NCBI GenBank assembly: GCA_938038735.1
Contig: CALHSW010000076.1
Coordinates: 413-64,412, forward strand
DNA length: 64,000 bases
From: an uncultured Bacteroidia bacterium
GTDB lineage: Bacteria; Bacteroidota; Bacteroidia; Bacteroidales; CAJPTX01
Direction: 5' to 3'
Shown: in pieces, positions 1 to 9,888 of the stretch
Position numbering within the stretch: the stretch's first letter is position 1
Layout: each line of letters opens with the position of its first letter
Translations under genes and position numbers: made by a program
Notes under the pieces: generated by a model
The model's input: only the letters and a program-made list of their open reading frames with translations
What the model was told of the DNA's origin: nothing
Databases searched by the model: none

Positions 1-413
1 CCATAGTCTACTGAGAGACCATCCTGCGGATGGGGCTGCAAGGGCGGCGAAATAATGAGGGGCAGGTGATGGGGCGCACGGTTTGCATTTCAGTGGGCGG
101 GCGGTCGTTTTGTTTTACTTTGCCGTTGGCAGCGGGGTGGTGATATGCATGGGGTGCGCTTTTTTCATGCCAAGGGTATAAGACGGTATAGCTCAAAAGC
201 GCGATGGATTCAAAAGATTGTAGGAGGCAATGGACGGGGAGGTTTTGACAGGAGGAAGGCTAAAGATGTTTCGCGGTTTCGGGCGCCTAGAATCTGAGCT
301 GCACGAACGATTAGGTAAATGCGCGCGAACCAAATTTTTATGGGATTAAACCAAAATCTGCGCAAAGGAGTTTATAAAGGCATGGGGAGTTGTGAGATGC
401 TTGCAAATTTGAT

Positions 414-421
414 TAATTTTG
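414..421 (+). promoter_or_regulatory. Bacteroidota sigma-A type -7 box (TAATTTTG; consensus TAnnTTTG) upstream of gltX
   Basis: Exact TAnnTTTG match ending 22 nt before the ATG at 444. Confidence 0.4.
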
Positions 422-443
422 CAGCGAGAAAGTAAGTAAGGAG

Positions 444-1976
444 ATGAGTAGAGAGGCGAAGGTGAGGGTGCGATTCGCGCCGAGCCCCACGGGGCTACTG
501 CATATCGGGGGTGTGCGCACGGCACTATTTAACTATCTGTTTGCCAAGCATATGGGAGGCACGATGGTGCTGCGCATAGAGGATACTGACACGAAACGGT
601 TCGTGCCGGGCGCGGAGGAGTACATCGTGGAGTCTCTGCGGTGGCTAGGCATAGCGATCGATGAAGGGGTGGGGACGAGCGCGGGGGAGTTTGGGCCGTA
701 CCGGCAGAGCGAGCGGAGTGAGATATATAGGGAGTACGTGAATCTGCTGCTGCAGCGAGGGCATGCGTACTACGCGTTTGACACGCCGGAGGAGCTGGAG
801 AAGGCGCGGGAGAGGGATCCGAACTTCAGCTACGACGCGGCGAGCCGCATGGGGATGCGCAACGGCCTGACGCTCGGCGCGCAGGAGGCGCAGCGGCTCG
901 TGGATGCCGGGGAGCAGTACGTGGTGCGCTTCAAGGTGGAGGCGGATCGGGACGTGGAGCTGAACGATTTAATCCGCGGGCGGGTGGTGATCAATTCGTC
1001 GCAGGTGGATGACAAGGTGCTCTACAAGAGTAGCGATGGGCTTCCGACGTACCATTTGGCGAACGTGGTGGATGACCATTTGATGGAGATAACGCACGTG
1101 ATACGCGGGGAGGAGTGGCTGGCGAGTTCGCCGCTGCATGTGCTTCTCTACGAGGCGTTTGGGTGGCATGACACGATGCCGCAGTTCGCGCACCTGCCAT
1201 TGATACTGAAGCCTGTAGGGAGCGGGAAGCTGAGCAAGCGTGATGGGGATAAGTTTGGCTTTCCGGTGTTTCCTCTCGGGTGGCAGGATCCGCAGGGCGG
1301 GGAGACGGTGATGGGCTACCGCGAGCAGGGGTACCTGCCGGAGGCGGTGGTGAATTTTTTGGCGCTGCTGGGATGGAATCCGGGCACCGACCAGGAGCTA
1401 TTCAGCATGGAGGAGCTGATAGGGGCGTTCACGCTGGAGCGATGCAGCAAGGGCGGTGCGCGGTTTGACTACAATAAGGCGAAGTGGTTTAACCATCAGT
1501 ACGTGCAGCGTGTTGAGCCGGAGGTGCTGATGGCATGGGTGTGGCCACTGCTGGCGGAGCGGGGGCTGAAGGTGGATGAGGGGCGGCTCAAGGAGACGGT
1601 AGAGACGGTGCGCGACAAGGCGCAGCTGCTGACGGATTTGCTGCCGGAGGTGCTGTATCTATTTGAGGCGCCGGAGGCGTACGACCCGCAGGGCGTGAAG
1701 AAGCATTGGAAGGCGGAGTCGCCGGAGTACGTGCGGAGGATGGCGGATGCGCTTGAAGGTTTGCCAGAGGCCGCGACGGGCGAGGAGGTGGAGCAGCGGC
1801 TCTACGCGACGATAGAGGCGGAGGGGCTGCCAATGGGGAAGGTGATGAACAGCCTGCGCATGGCGTTGGTCGGGGCGCCGCGGGGCGCAAAGATCCATGA
1901 GATAATCCACCTGCTCGGCATTAATGAAACGGTACGGCGTTTGCGGTATGCAGCAGAGCATGTGACGATGGGCTAG
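444..1976 (+). CDS. gltX: Glutamate--tRNA ligase
   Basis: 510-aa ORF. Class I synthetase HIGH-type motif (PSPTGLLHIGG) and KMSKS-type motif (KLSKR). Overall GltX-like sequence. Confidence 0.93.
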   Translation: MSREAKVRVRFAPSPTGLLHIGGVRTALFNYLFAKHMGGTMVLRIEDTDTKRFVPGAEEYIVESLRWLGIAIDEGVGTSAGEFGPYRQSERSEIYREYVNLLLQRGHAYYAFDTPEELEKARERDPNFSYDAASRMGMRNGLTLGAQEAQRLVDAGEQYVVRFKVEADRDVELNDLIRGRVVINSSQVDDKVLYKSSDGLPTYHLANVVDDHLMEITHVIRGEEWLASSPLHVLLYEAFGWHDTMPQFAHLPLILKPVGSGKLSKRDGDKFGFPVFPLGWQDPQGGETVMGYREQGYLPEAVVNFLALLGWNPGTDQELFSMEELIGAFTLERCSKGGARFDYNKAKWFNHQYVQRVEPEVLMAWVWPLLAERGLKVDEGRLKETVETVRDKAQLLTDLLPEVLYLFEAPEAYDPQGVKKHWKAESPEYVRRMADALEGLPEAATGEEVEQRLYATIEAEGLPMGKVMNSLRMALVGAPRGAKIHEIIHLLGINETVRRLRYAAEHVTMG

Positions 1977-2076
1977 AAGGAGGGGCGGACCCCATGGCTG
2001 CAGAGGCGAGGAGGAGCGGCATGCGCGGGGCGGAAAGGCGTTAAAAGAGGAAAGATAAAATTTTCAGGAGTAATCA

Positions 2077-3078
2077 ATGGAAGAGCGGCAGGAAGTGGAC
2101 ATTCGAGAGCTGAATGAGCGGATAGCGAAGGAGGCATCGTTTTTGGACATGGTGACGATGGAGATGGGGCGCGTGGTGGTGGGTCAGCGCCACCTTGTGG
2201 AGTCGTTACTGATAGGGATGTTGGCCGATGGGCACGTGCTGCTGGAGGGCGTGCCGGGGTTGGCTAAGACGCTGGCGATAAGCACGCTGTCGAAGATCGT
2301 GCAGGCGAAATTTGCGAGGGTGCAGTTCACGCCGGACCTACTGCCGGCCGATTTGATTGGCACGATGATATACAGCCAAAAGTCGGAGGTGTTCGAGGTG
2401 AAGCGGGGGCCGATATTTGCGAATTTTGTGCTGGCTGATGAGATTAACCGAGCGCCGGCGAAGGTGCAGAGTGCGCTGCTGCAGGCGATGCAGGAGCGAG
2501 AGGTGACGATAGGGGATACGACCTACGCACTGCCGAAGCCCTTTTTGGTGATGGCAACGCAGAATCCGATAGAGCAGGAGGGAACCTACCCGCTGCCCGA
2601 GGCGCAGGTGGATAGGTTCATGCTGAAGGTGGCGTTGGATTACCCCTCCAAGGAGGAGGAGCAGCAGATAGTAAAGCAGAACATCGGCGGGACATTCCCA
2701 ACGGCGAATTCGGTGATTAAGCCGGAGGATATAGAGCGTGCGCGCAGCGTGGTGCGGGATGTGTATCTCGACGAGAAAATCGCGCGCTACATTGTAGATA
2801 TAGTGTTCGCCACGCGAAGGCCTGAGGAGTACGGTATGGAAGAGTACAAGGCGATGATAGGCTTTGGCGGGTCGCCGCGTGCCAGCATAGGGCTGGCGAT
2901 GGCATCGAAGGCGTACGCATTCATAAAGCGGAGAGGGTACGTGGTGCCGGAGGATGTGCGTGCGGTATGCTACGATGTGCTGCGGCATAGGATAGGCCTC
3001 ACCTACGAGGCGGAGGCGGAGAATATCAGCTCGGAGGATATCATCACCGAGGTGCTCAATAAGGTGGAGGTGCCGTAG
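2077..3078 (+). CDS. MoxR-family AAA+ ATPase (first gene of the Bat-type operon)
   Basis: Walker A GVPGLAKT, Walker B/sensor region LADEINRAPAKVQSALLQAMQE, about 330 aa as typical for MoxR. Confidence 0.92.
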   Translation: MEERQEVDIRELNERIAKEASFLDMVTMEMGRVVVGQRHLVESLLIGMLADGHVLLEGVPGLAKTLAISTLSKIVQAKFARVQFTPDLLPADLIGTMIYSQKSEVFEVKRGPIFANFVLADEINRAPAKVQSALLQAMQEREVTIGDTTYALPKPFLVMATQNPIEQEGTYPLPEAQVDRFMLKVALDYPSKEEEQQIVKQNIGGTFPTANSVIKPEDIERARSVVRDVYLDEKIARYIVDIVFATRRPEEYGMEEYKAMIGFGGSPRASIGLAMASKAYAFIKRRGYVVPEDVRAVCYDVLRHRIGLTYEAEAENISSEDIITEVLNKVEVP

Positions 3079-3128
3079 TAGTAAGGTTTGCGGCGGAGGT
3101 AGGTTTGGTGCGAAAAGGAGATTAGAGT

Positions 3129-4031
3129 GTGAAAAGGACAGAGAACGAAGAGTCGCGGGAGCTGTTGCGACGGCTTCGCCGTATAGAGATACGGGCGCGG
3201 GGGCTGTCGCACCAGATATTCGCGGGGGAGTACCACAGTGCCTTCAAGGGGCAGGGGATGGCGTTCAGCGAGGTGCGTGAGTATCGCTACGGAGACGATG
3301 TGCGCAACATTGATTGGAACGTGACGGCGCGCCTTACGACACCGCATATAAAGGTATTTGAAGAGGAACGCGAGCAGACGGTGATGCTGCTGGTGGACGT
3401 GAGCGGGTCTCGGCAATTCGGGACGCAGGCACTGTCGAAGAAGAACGTTATGACGGAGGTGGCGGCAGTGCTGGCCTTTTCCGCGATACAGAATAACGAT
3501 AAGATAGGCGTGGTGCTGTTTAGCGATAAGATAGAGCTATTCATACCGCCGAAGAAGGGGCGAAAGCATATACTGCGCGTGATATGGGATTTGATGAGCT
3601 TTCAGCCGGAGAGCCAGAAGACGGATGTGGGTATGGCGATGCGCTACCTGACCAACGTGATAAAGAAGCGTTGCACAGCGTTCGTGTTGAGCGATTTCAT
3701 CGACTTTGATGGCGAGGGCTCGCCGCGGTTTGAGAGCGCACTGCGGATAGCGTCATCGCGGCATGACGTGGTGGCTATGCGGGTGTACGACCCGCGAGAG
3801 GCGGAGCTTCCGAAGGCGGGGGTGATGCGGATGGTAGATGGGGAGACAGGTGAGACCCTGTGGGTAAACACGTCGAGTAGGAGCGTGCGGGAGGCATTCG
3901 CCCAGGGGTGGGCGGAGCGGACGCAGCTACTGAAGCGGGTATGCTCCAAGGCTGGAGTAGATTTAGCTGAGCTGAGTACAGTGGAGGACTACGTGCCGCC
4001 GTTGATACAGCTGTTTAAGCGGAGGGGGTAA
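3129..4031 (+). CDS. DUF58 (VWA-like) protein, MoxR partner
   Basis: GTG start. Characteristic DUF58 stretch GEYHSAFKGQGMAFSEVREYRYGDDVRNIDWNVTAR. Immediately downstream of MoxR. Confidence 0.88.
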   Translation: MKRTENEESRELLRRLRRIEIRARGLSHQIFAGEYHSAFKGQGMAFSEVREYRYGDDVRNIDWNVTARLTTPHIKVFEEEREQTVMLLVDVSGSRQFGTQALSKKNVMTEVAAVLAFSAIQNNDKIGVVLFSDKIELFIPPKKGRKHILRVIWDLMSFQPESQKTDVGMAMRYLTNVIKKRCTAFVLSDFIDFDGEGSPRFESALRIASSRHDVVAMRVYDPREAELPKAGVMRMVDGETGETLWVNTSSRSVREAFAQGWAERTQLLKRVCSKAGVDLAELSTVEDYVPPLIQLFKRRG

Positions 4032-4038
4032 GAGAGCC

Positions 4039-5148
4039 ATGGTAGGAAAGTTGCGCAGAGACGTACTGTTATTAGCGTTGGGATTGCTGCTTTCGGTGGT
4101 CGCGAAGGGGCAGGCCACGATTACCACCCGACTGTCGCGCGATAGCGCATTGCTGGGAGACACGGTGGGCTATAGCGTGATGGCGCGGGGCGGGGGAGGT
4201 GCAGAGATATTTTTTGTGGAGCTGCCCGACACCATTGCGGGTGGCGGCGAGCTATGGGAGGCGCCACGGATTGACACGTTGGTGAATAGTGCGCAAGAGG
4301 TAGCCCTTCGCTTGCATATGGTAGTGACGAGCTACGATAGCGGCACAGTGGTTTTGCCGCGCTTCGGCGTGCTGGTGCGCCATGCGGGGGTGCTTGATAC
4401 CCTATTCAGCGAGCCTAAGGATCTTTACTTTTACCCAGCGCCGCGGGAGGCGGAGACAGCGGATATAAAGGATATTAGAGGACCTCTGAGGCAACGCATA
4501 ACGTTTGGAGAGGTGTGGCCATGGCTGCTGGGGGCGCTTGTGCTGGCCGCGTTGATTGTAGGGGTGGTTATGTACCGGCGGTACATGCGCAAAGGGGAGA
4601 TAGTGGAGGCAAAGCGGCGCTTGGTACCCCCCGATGAGTTGGCGCTGGATAGGCTGCGTCGGTTGCGCGAGGGGGAGGCGTGGCGTACGTTGGGGCTAAA
4701 GGAGTTCTACACAGAGCTAACCGATACGCTGCGAGAGTTTTTAGCGGCGGAATTCGGAATTCGCACGATGGAGTGTACAACGACCAAAATAGTCAACGAT
4801 TTACGAGCCGACAGCCGCTGCAAGCGGGAGTGGATCAAGGAGATAGATGGTATATTGCAACTGGCAGATTTAACGAAGTTTGCTCGCTTTGCGCCCACGG
4901 AGCAGGATTGTCTCTATTCGATTGGCACCACGGAGGTGCTGGTGCGGGAGGTGCACGCCGTGCTGCATGCAGGGGAACGAGAGGAGGATGAAGACGCAGA
5001 GGGTGAAGGCGCAGCGCATCCTGAGTCGGGGGATGCGGCTAGAGGAACCGAGAGCGAAGAGGAGAATGCGCAGCGGAATGCGGAACGCTATGGGCCGCGC
5101 CGTGGGGAAGGGGTGTCATCAACCCCGTTGGAAAGGAGGGAAGAGTAA
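4039..5148 (+). CDS. Hypothetical membrane protein of the Bat operon (signal peptide, one internal TM, acidic C-terminal tail)
   Basis: N-terminal signal-like LLLALGLLLSVVAKGQ, TM WPWLLGALVLAALIVGVVMY, E/D-rich tail. Its stop overlaps the batA ATG (TAATG). Confidence 0.75.
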   Translation: MVGKLRRDVLLLALGLLLSVVAKGQATITTRLSRDSALLGDTVGYSVMARGGGGAEIFFVELPDTIAGGGELWEAPRIDTLVNSAQEVALRLHMVVTSYDSGTVVLPRFGVLVRHAGVLDTLFSEPKDLYFYPAPREAETADIKDIRGPLRQRITFGEVWPWLLGALVLAALIVGVVMYRRYMRKGEIVEAKRRLVPPDELALDRLRRLREGEAWRTLGLKEFYTELTDTLREFLAAEFGIRTMECTTTKIVNDLRADSRCKREWIKEIDGILQLADLTKFARFAPTEQDCLYSIGTTEVLVREVHAVLHAGEREEDEDAEGEGAAHPESGDAARGTESEEENAQRNAERYGPRRGEGVSSTPLERREE

Positions 5149-6143
5149 TGTTTTCAGGAATAGAGTTTGCCGATAAGTGGGTGCTGTGGCTGTTGCTGCT
5201 TATACCGTTGCTGGTGGCGTGGTACGTGTGGCGAGATCGCGACAAGAAGAACGCCGTACGTTTCTCGTCCTTTGCGTTACTTCGGACGGTGCCAACAAGC
5301 CGGTACAACTGGATGCGCCACACGCTGTTCGGGGTGCGTATGGTAGGGCTGTTCTTCCTAATTGTAGCGTTGGCACGTCCGCAGTCGTTCCGTAGCGAGA
5401 GGAGTTCTACAACGGATGGTATAGACATTGTGATGTCGCTTGATGTGTCGGCGAGTATGCTGGCGCGGGATTTCACGCCGGATCGTTTGGAGGCATCGAA
5501 GACGATAGGTTCGCAGTTTATCTCAGGGCGACCGAACGATAGGATAGGGATAGTGATGTTCGCCGCGGAAGCGTACACGATGTGTCCATTGACAATAGAC
5601 CACGCCACGGCAATCAATCAGCTACAGCAGGCGCAGTCGGGGGTGCTGGAGGATGGCACAGCTATAGGGTCGGGGCTTGCGATGGCGGTGTCGCGCCTCG
5701 CGGAGAGCGATGCGAAGAGCCGAGTGGTTATTCTTCTGACGGACGGCGTGAACAATTCGGGCGAGGTGGCACCGTTAACAGCGGCTGAGATTGCCAAGAC
5801 GCTTGGCGTGCGAGTATACGCTGTTGGGGTGGGGTCGCAGGGTACTGCGCCGTACCCAGTGCAAACGCCCTTCGGGATTCGCTACCAGAACATGGCTGTG
5901 GAGATAGATGAGGCGTTGCTGGAGCGGGTGGCGGACATGACGGGAGGGAAGTACTTTAGGGCAACGGACAACGATGCGCTCAAAGAGGTGTACGCAGAGA
6001 TAGACCAGCTCGAGAAGTCGAAGATACAGGTTAACGATAGGACGCAGAAGGAGGAGGAGTATTGGAAGTTTGGGGTTTGGGCGTTGCTACTGCTTGCGGG
6101 TGAGATGGTGGTGCGAAGGTTGTTGGTACAAGAGTTGCCATAG
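5148..6143 (+). CDS. batA: VWA-domain aerotolerance protein BatA
   Basis: N-terminal TM pair, MIDAS motif DIVMSLDVSASM, C-terminal TM. Position in a B. fragilis-type Bat operon. Confidence 0.88.
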   Translation: MFSGIEFADKWVLWLLLLIPLLVAWYVWRDRDKKNAVRFSSFALLRTVPTSRYNWMRHTLFGVRMVGLFFLIVALARPQSFRSERSSTTDGIDIVMSLDVSASMLARDFTPDRLEASKTIGSQFISGRPNDRIGIVMFAAEAYTMCPLTIDHATAINQLQQAQSGVLEDGTAIGSGLAMAVSRLAESDAKSRVVILLTDGVNNSGEVAPLTAAEIAKTLGVRVYAVGVGSQGTAPYPVQTPFGIRYQNMAVEIDEALLERVADMTGGKYFRATDNDALKEVYAEIDQLEKSKIQVNDRTQKEEEYWKFGVWALLLLAGEMVVRRLLVQELP

Positions 6144-6164
6144 AGAAGAGGAGGGCGGAAGAAG

Positions 6165-7199
6165 ATGTTTAGGTTTGCCAATGTAGAGGTGCTGTGGTGG
6201 TTGTTGGGGGTGGTGGCGTTATTGCTGCTGCTTCTGACGTACCGTTGGCAGCGGCGGCGGCGCAGCGAGGCGTTTGCCGCGAGGCAGATGCACGGGTTGC
6301 TGATGCCCCATGAGTCGGGGGTGCGATTTTGGGTGCGATCCACGTTCTTTTTGCTGGGTGTGAGCGCATTGATAATAGGGTTGGCGAGGCCTCAGTTCGG
6401 CACGCGCCAGGTGAAGACGAAGCGCGAGGGGGTGGAGATCATGCTGGTGCTGGATGTGTCGAATAGTATGAATGCTCAGGATGTGAAGCCGAGTCGGTTG
6501 GAGCGGGCGAAGCTAGAGATATCGAAGCTACTTGAGCGGATGCGTCAGGATCGGATAGGGTTGGTGCTGTTTGCGGGGCGGTCGTATGTGCAGCTACCGA
6601 TAACGAACGATTATACGACGGCGCGGATGTTCCTTTCATCGGTGAACACGGGTCTGATTCTAGAGCAAGGGACGGCGTTGGGCGAGGCATTGGAGCTTGC
6701 GAGTAGGTCGTTTTCACCAATAGAGTCGGTAGGGAAGGCGATTATTGTGATTTCCGATGGGGAGAACCATGAGGACGACCCCGTGTCGGTGGCGCAGAAG
6801 ATAGCGGAGCGCGGGATACGTACCTATACGGTGGGGATGGGGTCGGGAAATGGGGTGCCGATACCCGAGGCTGGAGGAGGTTTAAAAAAAGACGCAGATG
6901 GGAATGTGGTGCTGACGCACCTCGACGAGGCGACGTTACAGCGCGTGGCCGAAGTGGGCAAAGGGGTGTACATGCGTGCAACGAATGGGAGTTCAGGCTA
7001 TGCGCCGATACTGCGGGAGATTGACGAGATGCAGAAGTCTGAATTTGAGGACGTGGTGTACGCGAGTTACCGAGAGCAGTACCAACTCTTTTTCTTGATA
7101 GCGTTGGTGTGTTTCGTGCTGTCCACGGTAATCCTGGAGCGTAAGAACCCATGGATCAGTGTAGAACGGCTGTATAGGTCAGTGAGAGGAGAAGCGTAG
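6165..7199 (+). CDS. batB: VWA-domain aerotolerance protein BatB
   Basis: MIDAS motif EIMLVLDVSNSM, flanking TM helices, paralogous to the preceding gene. Confidence 0.88.
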   Translation: MFRFANVEVLWWLLGVVALLLLLLTYRWQRRRRSEAFAARQMHGLLMPHESGVRFWVRSTFFLLGVSALIIGLARPQFGTRQVKTKREGVEIMLVLDVSNSMNAQDVKPSRLERAKLEISKLLERMRQDRIGLVLFAGRSYVQLPITNDYTTARMFLSSVNTGLILEQGTALGEALELASRSFSPIESVGKAIIVISDGENHEDDPVSVAQKIAERGIRTYTVGMGSGNGVPIPEAGGGLKKDADGNVVLTHLDEATLQRVAEVGKGVYMRATNGSSGYAPILREIDEMQKSEFEDVVYASYREQYQLFFLIALVCFVLSTVILERKNPWISVERLYRSVRGEA

Positions 7200-7202
7200 G
7201 CG

Positions 7203-7976
7203 ATGAGAAGGGAAATAAAGATATTGTGTAGCGTCGTTTTGCTGACTCTATTGCCAATGGCGGTGACGTTTGGCCAGAGCGCGGCCGGGCATGTTCGCAA
7301 GGGGAATCGGACGTATAAGAGGGGAGAGTACAAAGATTCGGAGCTAGAGTATCGTAAGGCCCTTGATTTAGACTCTACGTCCACGAAAGCGCGGTATAAT
7401 TTGGCGGCATCGCTGTATAAGCAGGAACGCTACGATGAGGCAGGACAACGGTATGTCACATTGGCGGAGGAGCAAGGGGGAAAAGAGGAGTTAGGATGGG
7501 ATGCGATGTACAATGCGGCGAATGCCCTGTTCAAGAGCGAAAAGTACGACAAGAGCGCTGAGCTATACAAGCAGGTGCTGCGTGCGAATCCAAGGGATGA
7601 ACAAGCGAGGTACAACCTGTCAGAGGCGTTGCGTAGGTTAAAAAAGCAGCAGGAGCAACAAAAGCAGCAACAGAACCAACAGCAGCAAGACCAACAGCAA
7701 AATCAGGACAAAAAGGATCAGCAGAAGGATCAAGAGAACAAGGATGGCAAGAGCGATCAGCAGAAGCAAAATGATGAACAGCAGAGCCAGGGGAACCAGC
7801 CTAAAGATGAAAAACAGCCTCAGGCGAATGGGCAGCAGTCGGAGCGTCCAATGAGCGAGGAGGAGGCGAAGCAGATACTGCAAGCGTTAGAAAAGCAGCA
7901 GGGAAAGGCGGCAGAGAAAGTGCGGAAGGCGAACCAAAAGGGCGGGAGGCCGCGGAAGCCTGAAAAGGATTGGTAG
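7203..7976 (+). CDS. batC: TPR-repeat protein BatC with a Q/K/D-rich low-complexity C-terminus
   Basis: Signal peptide, TPR-like repeats (YKDSELEYRKALDLD, ARYNLAASLYKQERYDEA, ARYNLSEALRR), then a CAG/CAA-rich tail. Confidence 0.82.
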   Translation: MRREIKILCSVVLLTLLPMAVTFGQSAAGHVRKGNRTYKRGEYKDSELEYRKALDLDSTSTKARYNLAASLYKQERYDEAGQRYVTLAEEQGGKEELGWDAMYNAANALFKSEKYDKSAELYKQVLRANPRDEQARYNLSEALRRLKKQQEQQKQQQNQQQQDQQQNQDKKDQQKDQENKDGKSDQQKQNDEQQSQGNQPKDEKQPQANGQQSERPMSEEEAKQILQALEKQQGKAAEKVRKANQKGGRPRKPEKDW

Positions 7977-8001
7977 GAAAAAGATATTTGACGTAGAGGG
8001 A

Positions 8002-9888
8002 ATGGCGATGTCAATGGGAAAAGAGTTGCGGCGTTGGGTCTGTGGAGGGCTTTCAGTACTACTAGCTACGTTGATGGCGGGGGTGGTGTGTGGTCAGGAG
8101 ATAGAGGTACAAGCTCCGCAATCACTATACGAAGGCCAGCAGTTCCAGGTGACGTTTGTGCTGCCAGGGAAGCCCAAGGAGTTCCATCCGCCGGAGTGGG
8201 GTAAAGTGAAGATGCTATTTGGACCTGCGGTAGGGTCGTCCCGGCAGATGACAGTGATAAATGGAAAGGTAAGTCAGTCGACATCGTACACGTATAGCTA
8301 CGTGTGCAGGGCTGATGAGGCGGGAGATCTAACGATAGGCGCTGCGCGGGCAGAAATGGAAAAGGGAAGAATAACGAGTGAACCCTTTGTGATAAGCGTT
8401 CTGTCCACAGGGGCATCGGCAACGCCGGGCGGTGGAGGAGATGTGACTGGAGACGATGCGCAGGGGCAAGGCTCAAATCGTAATACGGCGGCTGGGAAAG
8501 ATGCTTTTGTTACGCTGGAGCTAAACAAAAGCGAAGCGTACGTTGGACAGGCGGTGCTGGCGACAGTTAAGATATATACCCGATTAGACTTGGTAGGGTT
8601 TGATGACATCAAGTTTCCGAGTTTTGATGGTTTTTGGGTAAAGGAGATACCAACGCCCGCGCAAGTGAGCTTTAGCCGAACAGTGGTCGATGGGAAGGAG
8701 TACAACGTGGGGGTGCTGCGTTCCTATTTACTCTACCCACAGAAGGCAGGCGTACAAAAACTAGATGGGCTGGAGGCGGTGGTGCAGTACAGGGTTCGGG
8801 AGCGGACGCGTTCGTTTTTTGAAGAGTTTATGGGGAGCTATTCAACCTCGTCCATTGCCCTGCGTGGGGCCACGAAGCAGTTGAATGTTAAAGCACTTCC
8901 TGCCGAGGGTAAACCGAGCGGTTTTGCGGGGGCTGTAGGGAAGTTTTCAGCGAGCTCAACAGTGGATAAAGAGGAGCTGGAGACGAATGATGCGGTAACC
9001 TACACAATAACCGTGGAGGGAGTGGGTAATATGCATGCGCTCGTGAAGCCCGATATCGCATTTCCGAACACTGTGGAGGCGTACGACCCCGTGGTGAAGG
9101 AGAACTACTCCGTGAAGGGTGCCGACCAGACGGGGCGTATAACGTATGAGTACGTACTGATACCGCGTGCGCCAGGCGATGTGGTGATACCTGAATATGA
9201 TTACAGCTATTTTAACCCATCAAGCGGTAAATACGAGACGTCAAGGGTAAAGGGGTATACGCTACATGTTACGCCGGGGCAGGGTGGTGGCGCACCGGTA
9301 ATGGTGAGTGGAGGTGGCAGCAAAGAGGACGTACAGGTGCTAGGGAACGACATACGACACATCCATTCAACGCGTGGAAAGCTGTACACGAAGGGAGAGA
9401 GCTTCACGGGAGGCATGTTCTACTTATGGTGGATAGTCCTGCTAGTGCTGGCGACTCTTGGCACATGGGTGTACTTGTCGAAGAAGCAACGCATGGAAGC
9501 CGATGGGGAGCTGCTTCGGGATAAGCGTGCGAGCGGGCTGGCAAAGAAGCGTTTGCGCCGTGCGAAGGAACTGATGGATAGAGGAGACGAGGGATTCTAT
9601 GCAGAGTTGCTGCGAGCGCTTTGGGGCTACCTAGGCGATAAGCTCCATTTGGAGCAGCACGAGCTAAGCTCCGAAAGCGTAGGTGAGTCGTTACGCATCC
9701 GTGGGGTACCAGAGGAGCAGGTGACAGCGGTGCACGACGCGATAGCGGAGTGCGAGTATGCTCGGTACGGAGTGAGAGACGATGCTGCAAAAACGCACGA
9801 GAGCTACGAGCGAGCGTTGGCGGTTATCAGTGGGCTTGATGCATGGTTGAAAAGAGGTGGAAGCCGTAGGCAAAAGAAGGGGAAGTAA
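8002..9888 (+). CDS. batD: BatD-like oxygen-tolerance protein
   Basis: 628 aa, signal peptide, large extracytoplasmic region, one TM (MFYLWWIVLLVLATLGTWVYL), cytoplasmic helical tail. Operon position. Exact start uncertain (ATGs at 8002/8008/8014). Confidence 0.8.
   Translation: MAMSMGKELRRWVCGGLSVLLATLMAGVVCGQEIEVQAPQSLYEGQQFQVTFVLPGKPKEFHPPEWGKVKMLFGPAVGSSRQMTVINGKVSQSTSYTYSYVCRADEAGDLTIGAARAEMEKGRITSEPFVISVLSTGASATPGGGGDVTGDDAQGQGSNRNTAAGKDAFVTLELNKSEAYVGQAVLATVKIYTRLDLVGFDDIKFPSFDGFWVKEIPTPAQVSFSRTVVDGKEYNVGVLRSYLLYPQKAGVQKLDGLEAVVQYRVRERTRSFFEEFMGSYSTSSIALRGATKQLNVKALPAEGKPSGFAGAVGKFSASSTVDKEELETNDAVTYTITVEGVGNMHALVKPDIAFPNTVEAYDPVVKENYSVKGADQTGRITYEYVLIPRAPGDVVIPEYDYSYFNPSSGKYETSRVKGYTLHVTPGQGGGAPVMVSGGGSKEDVQVLGNDIRHIHSTRGKLYTKGESFTGGMFYLWWIVLLVLATLGTWVYLSKKQRMEADGELLRDKRASGLAKKRLRRAKELMDRGDEGFYAELLRALWGYLGDKLHLEQHELSSESVGESLRIRGVPEEQVTAVHDAIAECEYARYGVRDDAAKTHESYERALAVISGLDAWLKRGGSRRQKKGK

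Noticed and set aside
8-196. A 62-aa minus-strand ORF at the left edge
   Set aside because: There are no motifs, the composition is Pro/His-rich, and it lies in what looks like the gltX upstream intergenic region.
2338-2988. A 216-aa minus-strand ORF inside the MoxR gene
   Set aside because: It is antisense to a gene with clear Walker motifs. The Arg/His/Leu-rich composition is not protein-like.
7638-7883. An 81-aa poly-Leu ORF and an apparent tandem repeat
   Set aside because: It is an antisense artefact of the CAG/CAA-rich BatC tail. This is a coding low-complexity tract, not a repeat array or a membrane protein.
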